A DNA stretch of 64,000 nucleotides from Candidatus Eiseniibacteriota bacterium. Lineage in GTDB: Bacteria > Eisenbacteria > RBG-16-71-46 > JAFGJU01. Made by a program: the position numbers and the translations under genes. Below are positions 35,209-44,835 of this stretch, in pieces (position 1 is the stretch's first letter; each line of letters begins with the position of its first letter). The notes beneath the pieces were generated by a model. That model was not told the origin of the DNA. It was given only the letters and a program-made list of their open reading frames with translations, and did no database searches. The stretch spans positions 79,281 to 143,280 of the forward strand of contig JAPLKG010000014.1 in assembly GCA_026388185.1 (NCBI GenBank), given 5' to 3'.

Positions 35209-35919
35209 TTATTCGTGCTTTCCAGCTACATACTTCCCATTCTCCGTACGGCCGATCATGACACCGCACTTGAGCATCTTGGAGCCGTAGTAGGGATTCC
35301 CTATCGTGTTCGTATCCTGTAGCCAGCTCTCCTTGGCCATGTCGCAGTAGAAGCTGTAGACCGGCGCGCTACACCCGTAGCTCTTGACGTATGCAAGGAC
35401 GCTACGCGAGAGCCCCTTGAAGCTCTCACGTGCAGACTCGAGGCTGCCGGTCTTCATTGCGGACGCCGCCTTCTCGATGTCCTTTAGCGCGGTGATCTGT
35501 CCTGCGAGGGCACCGTTCTTCGAGGAGCTTGCAAGGCCCTTCCGAAACTTCCCGGTCTCGCCGGCGAGAGTCTTTGAAAGCTTGTCCAGCCCCTTCATCT
35601 TGTCCTGGGCGAGGAGGCTTCTCATCTCAAAGTAGGATGCCAGGAAGCAGGATGAACCCTGAACTTGCCCAACCGCACTGGCGGCTGAAACTCCCTGTGC
35701 TTTGCCCGCGGTTGAAGTCCCCTGCATCGGGCAAGTTGTCGAACCTCCCTGCGTTTTACCTGTCACTGAAGTTCCTTGCATCGGGCAAGCGCTTGACTTG
35801 CTGCCACATGACGTTCCGCACGCCTTCGAGCACCCGGCCCAGACCGGAAAGGCAACCGTAGCCAAGAGGACAGCCGTAATAGCGAGAGCGACAATCAAAA
35901 CCAGCCTGAACCTGTTCAC
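35209..35919 (-). CDS. lipoprotein with Cys/Met-rich CPMQGTS repeats and DUF3347-like C-terminal domain (putative periplasmic metal-binding protein)
   Basis: GTG start at 35919 with AAGGAGG RBS; lipobox VWAG|C; repeats ACPMQGTSVTGKTQG / TCPMQGTSTAGKAQG; downstream of RND pump gene. Confidence 0.5.
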   Translation of the reverse strand: MNRFRLVLIVALAITAVLLATVAFPVWAGCSKACGTSCGSKSSACPMQGTSVTGKTQGGSTTCPMQGTSTAGKAQGVSAASAVGQVQGSSCFLASYFEMRSLLAQDKMKGLDKLSKTLAGETGKFRKGLASSSKNGALAGQITALKDIEKAASAMKTGSLESARESFKGLSRSVLAYVKSYGCSAPVYSFYCDMAKESWLQDTNTIGNPYYGSKMLKCGVMIGRTENGKYVAGKHE

Positions 35920-36157
35920 GTTTTTCCTCCTTAGTACCTCAGACCACGAAATCCACAATGAACGAGTCACTTGTTCTCGGACACGCCGCCCGGCGCGAAC
36001 CCTCAGGGGTTGCACGGGCGTATAAGGACCGGTCGCCGGGGTTGTCGAGCTCTGGTTGCGTCGGGGCATTCTCCACGAGCGTCCGCTCCACCGCAGTTGT
36101 CTCCCCTTCTGTTCCTGAGCGGCTGCTCGTGGTCCCAGTAACCGGTCCTTAATCCTC

Positions 36158-39100
36158 TCACTCACCCAACGAAATCTTCGACACTTTAAGCGTCCCCCTC
36201 CTCACTTCTCTTTCTTTCGTCAGAGCAAAGATTACCGGCGTAACGAGAAGCACGTGGGCTGCAGACGTAAGGAGCCCCCCCAGCAAAGGCGCTGCGATCG
36301 GCTTCATGACGTCCGCGCCGGTTCCGGTCGCCCACATCACGGGCACGAGGCCGAGAAGCGTGGTCGCAACGGTCATTAGCTTCGGCCTCAGCCTCAAGAC
36401 GGAACCTTCTCTAATCGCGTCATATAGCTCCGGTATGCCGATTTGTTCCGATCCCGCCGGCCTCTGGCGTAGCCTTCGTTCCAGTGCCTCATGCAAATAC
36501 ACCGTCATCACCACGCCGGTTTCCACCGCGACACCGAAAAGAGCGATGAAACCCACCCACACTGCGACGGACCAGTTGTATCCGAGAAGTTTCATGAACA
36601 CTACACCACCCGTGAGCGCAAACGGCACTGACAGCATCACGATGGCGGCCTCTGATGCCGAGTGATAGACGAAGTAAAGCAGGATGAATATCATCACTAA
36701 GACCAGCGGCATCATTATGAGAAGACTTCTCTTCGCGCGTATCTGGTTTTCCCACTGCCCAGACCATTCGATGTAGTAGCCCGGGGGCAGTTTGAGTTTC
36801 TTGTCCAACGCTGCCTTCGCCTCCTCGACAAAGCTGCCCATGTCTCTACCCCTCACGTTGAGAAAAACGATCGACCGGGGAAGACTGTGTTCCGTGGCTA
36901 TCATGGCCGGGCCTGGCCGCTCCATCACTCTCGCAACTTGTTCGAGCGGAATCTGAGCTCCGCTCGGGGTCATGACGAGAATCCGCTTCAGCTTCTCGGG
37001 TGAATCGCGGAACTCGCGCGCGTACCGCACGCGGACCGGAAAGCGTTCTTTCCCTTCCACGGTCGTAGTCACATTCATTCCGCCGGAAGCCATTTCAATG
37101 ACGTCGGTGACGTCCTGTACCCTCAGGCCGTAGCGGGCGATGGCTTCTCTATCAACGTCTATGTCGATGTAGTTTCCTCCCAGATTTCGCTCGGCGAAGA
37201 GATCGGCCGCGCCGCGGACGTTGCGGAGAATCTCTTCCGACGTGACGGCGAGATGCTCGAGCATTCCGAGGTCTTCGCCGTAGATTTTCACACCCAGATC
37301 GGTTCGCACACCCGTGGCAAGCATGTTTATTCTATTGATGATTGGCTGCGTCCAGCCGTTGGTCACGCCGGGTATTTGGAGCTTTCTGTCAAGCTCCGCA
37401 ATTATGTCCTCTCTCGTCATCCCCTTCCGCCACTGAGACTTGGGCTTGAGCAAGATAATTGTCTCGATCATGGAAACCGGAGCGGGATCGGTCGCCGTCT
37501 CGGCCCTGCCTACCTTTCCGAGGACGAGTTTCACCTCGGGGAGACTCTTTATGATCTTGTCCTGGACCTGAACGATGCGCTTCACCTCGGTTATGGAAGC
37601 GTTCGGCAGTGTCGTCGGCATGAAAAGAAGCGAGCCCTCATCCAGTGCGGGCATGAATTCCCGGCCGATGCTCATAGCCAGAAGGCCGGTACCGACAAGA
37701 ATCAGCGCGCTGGCCACGAGTACCGCTCGCTTGTGGTTGAGCGCGAAATTGAGAAGAGGTCTGTACGCTCGTATCAAGAAAGTCGAAATCGGATTCTGTG
37801 ATTCGGGGCGAAGCTTCCCTCTGAGGAAGAACGTCGCGAGAACGGGAACGATGGTTATGGCGAGTATTGCGCCCGCGGCCATTGCGCCCGTCTTTGTCAT
37901 CGCAAGCGGGAAGAAGAGCTTTCCTTCCTGACCCGTCAAGAGAAACACGGGCAAGAAGGAAAGAACAATTATCAGGACCGAGAAGAAGATGGGCCTGCCG
38001 ACCGTCTTACAGGCTCTGTAGACCGTCTCGACTATGTTTTTCCTGTCTTCGTCCGTTCCCTCGGAAAGGTGACGGTACGCGTTTTCCACGACCACGATTC
38101 CGGCGTCCACAAGCGCCCCTATCGCGATTGCAATTCCGCCGAGACTCATTATGTTCGACGTCACTCGGAAGTGATACATGATGATGAACGAAATGAGGAC
38201 GGCCAGAGGAAGAGTCAGGATGACCACGAGAGAGCTTCTAAAGTGAAGAAGGAAGAGAAAGATCACAATGCTGACGATGAGCATTTCTTCCTTGAGTGCC
38301 TTCTCCAGCGTGTGGACGGCGGCCTTTATGAGGTCAGACCTGTCGTACGCCATCTTGACTTCGACGCCCGGCGGAAGCCCACGCGAGAGCTCTTTGATCT
38401 TTTCTTTCACCCTGCCTATCACGGCCTTGGCGTTCTCGCCGTAGCGCATCACGATTATGCCGCCGACGACTTCGCCTTCACCGTTCTTGTCCAGAAGCCC
38501 GCGCCTGATTTCTCCGCCCATCTGGAGATTGGCAACGTCCTTGAGGTAGACGGGGATGCCCGTTTCCGAGGCTCTGATGACTACGTTTTCCAGGTCCCCC
38601 CTGGTCTTGACGTAACCGAGGCCTCTTATCAGGTATTCCATGGAGCCGCGCTCGATCAGACCGCCCCCGACGTCTACGTTAGAACGTTTGACCGCTTCCA
38701 TTACGTCCATCGTGGAAACGTTGAGCGAAGCCATCCTCGTGGGGTCGAGTTCGATTTGGTATTGCTTCACGAATCCGCCGATTGATGCGACTTCCGCAAC
38801 TCCGGGCACGGTGTTGAGCGCATATCGGAGGTACCAATCCTGAACGGCGCGCAGCTCTCCGAGATCGTAGCCACGACCCTCGACCGTGTACCAGTACACG
38901 TGACCCACGCCCGTGCCGTCCGGGCCGAGCACAACCTTTGCATCCGAAGGAAGACCGCTCACGGTTGCGAGTTTTTCGAGAACGCGAGAACGGGCCCAAT
39001 AGACATCAACGTCGTCTTTGAAGATGATGTAGATCATCGAAAGACCAAACATGGTCTGCGATCTCACCGCCTTCACGTGCGGCAACCCCTGGAACGTCGT

Positions 39101-39310
39101 AGTGAGCGGATATGTGATCTGGTCTTGCACGATCTGAGGGGCGCGGCCCATCCAGTCCACCATGACGATGACCTGGTTGTCCGACAGGTCGGGTATCGCG
39201 TCCACTGGAGTCCTGGACAATGCCCACACGCCCCACACCGCCACCAAAAGGAAAAAGACGATGACGATGAGACGGTTGTCGAGGCTATATCTGATGATCT
39301 TCTCTACCAT
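36158..39310 (-). CDS. cusA: heavy-metal efflux RND transporter, CusA/CzcA family
   Basis: 1050 aa, 12-TM RND architecture with conserved HME-RND blocks; Cu/Ag versus Zn/Co/Cd specificity not resolved. Confidence 0.85.
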   Translation of the reverse strand: MVEKIIRYSLDNRLIVIVFFLLVAVWGVWALSRTPVDAIPDLSDNQVIVMVDWMGRAPQIVQDQITYPLTTTFQGLPHVKAVRSQTMFGLSMIYIIFKDDVDVYWARSRVLEKLATVSGLPSDAKVVLGPDGTGVGHVYWYTVEGRGYDLGELRAVQDWYLRYALNTVPGVAEVASIGGFVKQYQIELDPTRMASLNVSTMDVMEAVKRSNVDVGGGLIERGSMEYLIRGLGYVKTRGDLENVVIRASETGIPVYLKDVANLQMGGEIRRGLLDKNGEGEVVGGIIVMRYGENAKAVIGRVKEKIKELSRGLPPGVEVKMAYDRSDLIKAAVHTLEKALKEEMLIVSIVIFLFLLHFRSSLVVILTLPLAVLISFIIMYHFRVTSNIMSLGGIAIAIGALVDAGIVVVENAYRHLSEGTDEDRKNIVETVYRACKTVGRPIFFSVLIIVLSFLPVFLLTGQEGKLFFPLAMTKTGAMAAGAILAITIVPVLATFFLRGKLRPESQNPISTFLIRAYRPLLNFALNHKRAVLVASALILVGTGLLAMSIGREFMPALDEGSLLFMPTTLPNASITEVKRIVQVQDKIIKSLPEVKLVLGKVGRAETATDPAPVSMIETIILLKPKSQWRKGMTREDIIAELDRKLQIPGVTNGWTQPIINRINMLATGVRTDLGVKIYGEDLGMLEHLAVTSEEILRNVRGAADLFAERNLGGNYIDIDVDREAIARYGLRVQDVTDVIEMASGGMNVTTTVEGKERFPVRVRYAREFRDSPEKLKRILVMTPSGAQIPLEQVARVMERPGPAMIATEHSLPRSIVFLNVRGRDMGSFVEEAKAALDKKLKLPPGYYIEWSGQWENQIRAKRSLLIMMPLVLVMIFILLYFVYHSASEAAIVMLSVPFALTGGVVFMKLLGYNWSVAVWVGFIALFGVAVETGVVMTVYLHEALERRLRQRPAGSEQIGIPELYDAIREGSVLRLRPKLMTVATTLLGLVPVMWATGTGADVMKPIAAPLLGGLLTSAAHVLLVTPVIFALTKEREVRRGTLKVSKISLGE

Positions 39311-39335
39311 TGACGTTCTCTACCCTTAGCTCTCT

Positions 39336-40688
39336 CTACCGGTTAGCGCTCGCGTGGCCGGCATGCGCCGCTTGCCCGACGGATTTTATCTTCGCGTCTG
39401 AATCAATGAGGTAGCCGCCGGAGACGACCACCATCTCACCGGGATTAATGCCGGAGTAGATGGGCACTCGCCCCCCCTCTGCAGCTCCGGCAATGACGTT
39501 ACGCGCCGCGAAACGGCCTGGCGCCACTTCCACGTAAACAACCTGACTTTCACCCAGATGAAGCACGGCGTCTTCGGGAAGAAGCACTACTTGTTTCTCC
39601 TGGCTTTGAACCAACCGCACTTCGACGTACATCTCCGGCCTCAACTTCATGGCTGGATTTGGAATTGTCATCCTGAAAGGAAGGCTCCGCGTCGCCGTGT
39701 CAAGAACGGGGGAAATCCAACTTATCGTCCCCACGAGTTTCTCGCCTGGATAAGCGGGAGTGGTCGCCTCAACGTCGTCGCCCAGATGGAGTCGTCCGAT
39801 GTCTGTCTCATACGCGACCCCCTCAACCCATACGCTGGAAAGATCCACGACATCGTAGGCGTCCATCCCGGGCATCATCCACTGGCCCTGTTTTGCCATC
39901 TTCTCTACGACAACACCGGATATGGGACTCGTTACGGTTACGAGATCCGAAGGAACGGTTCCAAGTTTGATGCCGTCTATTTGACTCTCGGAGAGACCAA
40001 GGGACTTGAGTTTTGACTTGGCCGCGCCCACCAGCACGTCTCGATCTTGACCCAGAGATTCGTGGGCGAGCAGCAGTTCTCTCTTCGCAGCGCCGATGTC
40101 GGGGCTATAGTATTCAAAAAGAGGTTCCCCCTTTCGCACCCTCTCTCCGGTTGTTGAGACGTAGAGCTTCTCAACCCTTCCCATGGCCTTGAGCGCCACC
40201 CTCACGTCGTTACCTTCAACGGCAACAACGCGGCCAGGCAGCGCGAGCACGTTCTTGTGGTCACCAATCTCAGCAGGAGCCACTGCCACGTTTGCCATGA
40301 TTTCCTGCGAAGGGCTCAACGAAACCGTGCCGGCAAGACTGTCCGCAGAACCGTTCGCCCCCGTCTCGCCGGCACCACCCGGTATCTCTGAGCGATCTTC
40401 TCCATGACCTGCCGCCATTGAGCGGTCCTCGCCCTGGCTGGGCTCAACGGTTCTCTTCACGAGCTTCATGCCGCAGATCGGACAATCGCCTGGATGATCC
40501 TGGACTACCTGCGGATGCATGGGGCACACGTAGAGTTCTTGCGATTTGGCGTCTGAAGTCCGCATGCTGGCAAGGGCGAACCAAAAGCAGATTGCCACGA
40601 TCGCAACCACTGCTATCCCCATGATTACCTGAGTCTTTCTTGAGAAGCGTCTCATGTTTTTCTCACTCCTTGTGGAAGAACCCTTCAA
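39336..40688 (-). CDS. cusB: efflux RND periplasmic adaptor (MFP) with N-terminal CPMHP heavy-metal-binding domain
   Basis: YVCPMHPQVVQDHPGDCPICGMKLV motif (CusB-type metal-binding N-terminus); beta-barrel/lipoyl MFP body. Confidence 0.75.
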   Translation of the reverse strand: MKGSSTRSEKNMRRFSRKTQVIMGIAVVAIVAICFWFALASMRTSDAKSQELYVCPMHPQVVQDHPGDCPICGMKLVKRTVEPSQGEDRSMAAGHGEDRSEIPGGAGETGANGSADSLAGTVSLSPSQEIMANVAVAPAEIGDHKNVLALPGRVVAVEGNDVRVALKAMGRVEKLYVSTTGERVRKGEPLFEYYSPDIGAAKRELLLAHESLGQDRDVLVGAAKSKLKSLGLSESQIDGIKLGTVPSDLVTVTSPISGVVVEKMAKQGQWMMPGMDAYDVVDLSSVWVEGVAYETDIGRLHLGDDVEATTPAYPGEKLVGTISWISPVLDTATRSLPFRMTIPNPAMKLRPEMYVEVRLVQSQEKQVVLLPEDAVLHLGESQVVYVEVAPGRFAARNVIAGAAEGGRVPIYSGINPGEMVVVSGGYLIDSDAKIKSVGQAAHAGHASANR

Positions 40689-42052
40689 GGAAAAACCTTT
40701 CCAATCGCGCCCTCGATCTCCGCCTTCTTCATGAGATAGTCCGCCGCCTCCATTGCCGCCTCCATGCGGAGCATTGACACGGACATGCGAACGTTATTTA
40801 GATTCATCCAGGGCAATCTGCCCGCCCGGTAATCAATAATCGCCGCTCTGTACGCCATCCTCGCGGGAACGAGAAGAGAATCTCTGGTGATCTTGAATTG
40901 TTGCGCCAGAGACTGCGCCTCCAGATACATTTGTTGAAGATCGGAAAGGAGCTCGATTCTTTCGTTCGCCAGGTTTGCTTTCGTTCTTTCGAGATGAGCC
41001 GTTCGCTCCGCAATCTGAGCGTTTTGATTTCCACCTGCCCACAAAGGAATCGGAAAACTGAGTTCAATCGAAACCCTGCCTTCCCTGTTCATCCATCCGA
41101 AAGTCCCAGGCTCACCCGGCACCTCATCGAGCATTCGGCCGCCAAAGCCATAGCGCGCGCCGACCGTAATGTCTGGGAAATAGGCAAGCCTTGCCTGTTT
41201 GCGTTCGAGATAGGCAACGATAGAGTCGGCCCTCATGGCTTTGAGTGTCGGTCCGTTTTGAGCCTGGGCGATCAGGCCATCGACTTCGGGCAGTGAACCC
41301 AGGTCAGAGGGAAGCTCGGGGTCCGCGAGGCCCTGAGCAGTAGTTCTTCCAATTGCCTGTGCGAGTTCGACTCTCGTCTGGTCGATCTGGCTCTGGAGAG
41401 ACACCAGCTCGCGAGCCGATCTGGTCCGCTCTACCCTGGCCTGCACAAAATTGGCCTGGCTTTCCATGCCAGACGATAGTGCAATCCCTGTTGCCGTGAG
41501 TGCCTCATCGGCAAGGGCCAGTGTCTCTTCCAGAGCCTCTTTTTCTTGAAGCAAGCCGGCAAGCCTGAAATAGGCCATCGCCACCATCGTCCTTGTTCTC
41601 CAACGAGCCGCGTCGAGATTCTCGCGTGCTCCCTCCACTTCCTGCCGTGCCGCCTTTTTTCCGAGGGAGAACTTTCCGGGCCACGGGAGCGTTTGCATCA
41701 AGCCGACTTGCTTCTCAGTCATCGGATTTTTGTTGAGATCGAAGCTCGGTGCTGCGTCCATCACACCCAGCACAACCATCGGATTCATCCACGAGGATGC
41801 CATCCTTTCTCGCGCTCGAGCTTCCTTCACCATTGCTTCTTCCCCCAGGACTTCGGGGTGACCAGCGAGCGCCTCTGATATGTATGCAGAAAGAAGGCTG
41901 TCGCCGGGCCACGCGTAGGGTTCCTGGCGAGCCTCGGACTCAACGAGTCCTGAAGCTACAGGACTTAACGTCATCCCTGACAACGCGTTCCCCGATAACG
42001 CCATCCCTAGTAACGCCATTAGAAAGAATCCTAGTGTCACTGACTTCTTCAT
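40685..42052 (-). CDS. TolC-like outer membrane efflux protein (OMF)
   Basis: Signal peptide, two OEP repeats; 4-bp overlap with MFP gene. Confidence 0.8.
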   Translation of the reverse strand: MKKSVTLGFFLMALLGMALSGNALSGMTLSPVASGLVESEARQEPYAWPGDSLLSAYISEALAGHPEVLGEEAMVKEARARERMASSWMNPMVVLGVMDAAPSFDLNKNPMTEKQVGLMQTLPWPGKFSLGKKAARQEVEGARENLDAARWRTRTMVAMAYFRLAGLLQEKEALEETLALADEALTATGIALSSGMESQANFVQARVERTRSARELVSLQSQIDQTRVELAQAIGRTTAQGLADPELPSDLGSLPEVDGLIAQAQNGPTLKAMRADSIVAYLERKQARLAYFPDITVGARYGFGGRMLDEVPGEPGTFGWMNREGRVSIELSFPIPLWAGGNQNAQIAERTAHLERTKANLANERIELLSDLQQMYLEAQSLAQQFKITRDSLLVPARMAYRAAIIDYRAGRLPWMNLNNVRMSVSMLRMEAAMEAADYLMKKAEIEGAIGKVFP

Positions 42053-42069
42053 CTCACCAGAAAGGTGTT

Positions 42070-42085
42070 AACAACTTTCGTGCCA
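42070..42085 (-). promoter_or_regulatory. candidate sigma54 (-24/-12) promoter TGGCAC-N5-TTGTT
   Basis: Minus-strand TGGCACgaaagTTGTT ending about 18 nt before the OMF ATG; a sigma54-dependent activator is encoded divergently. Confidence 0.5.
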
Positions 42086-42157
42086 AACATTAGAGGTCCG
42101 TAATGCGTTGTCTATCAAAAGGTTACGGAACGAACGGGGTCGGCGGGTCAGTCTGAC

Positions 42158-42203
42158 TGTACAATAGTACACAATCGCGTACAATGGTGTGTACTATTGT
42201 ACA
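42158..42203. promoter_or_regulatory. perfect 16-bp inverted repeat TGTACAATAGTACACA-N14-TGTGTACTATTGTACA (candidate enhancer/UAS for NtrC-family regulator)
   Basis: Exact reverse-complement arms at 42158-42173 and 42188-42203; further half-site GTGTACAATATT at 42249-42260. Confidence 0.55.
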
Positions 42204-42264
42204 ATACCGAGACAACTGGAGAATTTGCCTTGAAATTCCAATAGACAAGTGTACAATATTACGC

Positions 42265-43362
42265 ATGGATCTCAGTGCGACGCCCAGATTCTCATCCAAC
42301 TCATCGTCCGGCTCGTCTTCCAAGATAGTGATTCTCGCTGCCATAGTCTCGCTTACGCTCGCCGTCCACTATGGTTGGCTCGGCGGGCACACGCACGCCG
42401 GCCACAGTCCATTGCTGAAGGCCATACACGGCAGGTTGTGTTACATACCGATTGTCATTTCCGCAATCTGGTTCGGGCTTCGCGGCGGAATAACGTGCGC
42501 TCTCGTCATATCAACGGCAGTAATTCCCTACATTGTCCGCACGGCAACTCCTATGGGGGAACTCTCCGGCGAGCTGATCGAGATCGTCTTCTATTTTGCG
42601 ATCGGCTCTCTCTCCGGAGCGCTCGTAGAACGCGAGAGGCTTCAGCGCAAGAGGATGCAGGTGGCCCAAGCCAGGCTTGAGCAATCGCAGAGGCTGTCGA
42701 TGATGGGCCAGATGGCTGCGGGAGTGGCACACGAGATCAAGAACCCGCTTGCGTCAATCAAGGGCGCGGCGGGCATCCTCGCTGAGGGATTGGCGCCCGA
42801 CTCTCCAAGACAGGAGTTCGCCGAAATAATAGGCAGGGAGGTGGGAAGGCTTAACGGCACCGTGCAGAATTTCCTCGATTTCGCACGGCCGCAGCCGTGT
42901 CAATTCTCTTTGGAGAGGCTGGGCGACATTCTTGCATCCACTCTGAGACAGATGGAACCTCAGATTGCCTCGGCGTCACTTACGCTCCAGTCAAACATTC
43001 CAAGCTTCGACGATCGTGTTTGGGCCGACCCGCAGAAGTTACGCCAGGTGTTCATCAACCTGATTCTTAACGCGATTGCTGCTACACCGCCAGGCGGCAA
43101 GATCATTGTTGAGCTTGGACAGACGACGAAAAATCGCGAGAGGTTTTGGGAAATACGGTTTTCTGACACGGGAAGCGGCATTGCGCCAGACAATATGGAC
43201 AGAATCTTTGAGCCGTTTTTTACGCAGAAGACTACGGGGAGCGGTCTTGGGCTCGCCATAGTCAGGTCAATTATCGAAGAGCACAAAGGTCGAGTCGAAG
43301 CCGTGAGCGACCTCGGCCGGGGGGCGACGTTTACGATCCTGTTGCCTCTGCCGGCGGGATAG
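42265..43362 (+). CDS. sensor histidine kinase (HisKA + HATPase_c)
   Basis: H-box GVAHEIKNPLASIKGAAGIL; N/G boxes; membrane N-terminus; track ORF begins at 42184 inside the palindrome, ATG 42265 more plausible. Confidence 0.8.
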   Translation: MDLSATPRFSSNSSSGSSSKIVILAAIVSLTLAVHYGWLGGHTHAGHSPLLKAIHGRLCYIPIVISAIWFGLRGGITCALVISTAVIPYIVRTATPMGELSGELIEIVFYFAIGSLSGALVERERLQRKRMQVAQARLEQSQRLSMMGQMAAGVAHEIKNPLASIKGAAGILAEGLAPDSPRQEFAEIIGREVGRLNGTVQNFLDFARPQPCQFSLERLGDILASTLRQMEPQIASASLTLQSNIPSFDDRVWADPQKLRQVFINLILNAIAATPPGGKIIVELGQTTKNRERFWEIRFSDTGSGIAPDNMDRIFEPFFTQKTTGSGLGLAIVRSIIEEHKGRVEAVSDLGRGATFTILLPLPAG

Positions 43363-43418
43363 ATACGGCGTAGTGTTGAGAGCGGGGACCGGCGTTTACG
43401 TTCGCGGAGGGAGATCAA

Positions 43419-44780
43419 GTGTCCTTCAGAATACTCGTAGCTGATGATGACGCGAGTCTGCGTCGCGTCATAGAATTCCGATTGCGACAGGAGGGCTACG
43501 AAATCGAAGCCGTGCCGGACGGAGCTCGGGCTCTGGAGCTTCTGAGGAACGAGCGTTTCGATTTGCTTCTCTCAGACATGAAGATGCCGGGACTCGACGG
43601 TCTTGAGCTCTTGACGCGGGCGTTGGAATTGGATCGAGGAATCAAGGTCATCCTGATAACGGCCTACGCGACCGTGCAGCAGGCCGTAGAGGCAGTGAAA
43701 CTGGGCGCGTTCGATTACATCACGAAGCCATTCGAACAAGAAGAGCTCAGCTTGACCATCCAGAAGGCGCTCCGATTCAAACGTCTCGAGACTGAAAACC
43801 TCGAACTGAGAAGCCGCCTCGACGGCGTAGATTACTCCAAGGGAATCATTGGCGCTTCCGTTGCCATCAAGGAAGTACTGAATTTGGTGAGCAAGGTTGC
43901 TCCGACGGACGCCACCGTCCTCATAACGGGCGAGTCCGGCACCGGAAAGGAGCTGATTGCCAGAGCGATACACAAGACGAGCGCGAGGAGTACGAGTGAG
44001 TTTGTTCCCGTGAATTGCGCCGCGATTCCAAAGGAGCTCGTCGAGTCTGAGCTCTTTGGCCACGTCAGGGGGGCCTTTTCCGGCGCGATCAGGGACAAGA
44101 GGGGCAAGTTCCAGATCGCCGACGGCGGAACTGTCTTCCTTGATGAGATAGGCGAGCTCGGGCTGGGACTTCAGGCCAAGATACTCAGGGCATTGCAGGA
44201 ACGGGTAATAGAGCCGGTCGGTTCGGAGAAGGCGGTCGCAGTGGACGTGCGCATAGTCGCAGCTACAAACACAAATCTCGAGCGAAAAGTCGCAGACGGA
44301 ACATTCAGAGAGGATCTTTTCTACAGGCTCAACGTAATTCCGATATTCATCCCTCCTCTTCGTGAGAGGAAGGAGGACATACCGCTCTTTCTGAGGCACT
44401 TTGTTGAGAAGCTTGCCCCGGGGCAGAACATTCAATCCTCACCTGAACTTGTCGAGAGGCTCGCTGGCTACGATTGGCCCGGCAACGTACGAGAGCTCGA
44501 GAATCTTGTGGAGCGAATGATTGTAATGCGGCGTTCGCAGCTTCTGGACGAGAACGATTTACCCGACGATTTCGGAAGAACGATGCTCAGAAGAGACTCA
44601 CCCCAGTTGCAGGAGCCCGTCTCATTGCACGAGGCCGAGAAAGAAGTCATACTCCGGGCGCTTCAGAGAAGCCGGTGGAACAAGTCCGAAACGGCGAGAA
44701 TTCTGAAGGTTCCCAGGCACGTGCTTCTCTACAGAATGAAGACACACGGAATAGTGCGAAAACCGGACGCGAGCGAATAG
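43419..44780 (+). CDS. sigma54-dependent response regulator (NtrC/ZraR-like)
   Basis: REC domain (DDDASLRR...D55 context LSDMKMPG), AAA+ sigma54-interaction domain (GESGTGKELIARAIH, GAFSGA, ESELFGH), C-terminal Fis-type HTH. Confidence 0.9.
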   Translation: MSFRILVADDDASLRRVIEFRLRQEGYEIEAVPDGARALELLRNERFDLLLSDMKMPGLDGLELLTRALELDRGIKVILITAYATVQQAVEAVKLGAFDYITKPFEQEELSLTIQKALRFKRLETENLELRSRLDGVDYSKGIIGASVAIKEVLNLVSKVAPTDATVLITGESGTGKELIARAIHKTSARSTSEFVPVNCAAIPKELVESELFGHVRGAFSGAIRDKRGKFQIADGGTVFLDEIGELGLGLQAKILRALQERVIEPVGSEKAVAVDVRIVAATNTNLERKVADGTFREDLFYRLNVIPIFIPPLRERKEDIPLFLRHFVEKLAPGQNIQSSPELVERLAGYDWPGNVRELENLVERMIVMRRSQLLDENDLPDDFGRTMLRRDSPQLQEPVSLHEAEKEVILRALQRSRWNKSETARILKVPRHVLLYRMKTHGIVRKPDASE

Positions 44781-44835
44781 CCCCTGCTCGGTGCGCGCCA
44801 GAGCCTCGGATACTTCTGCCGCCTTCCGCCTCGCC

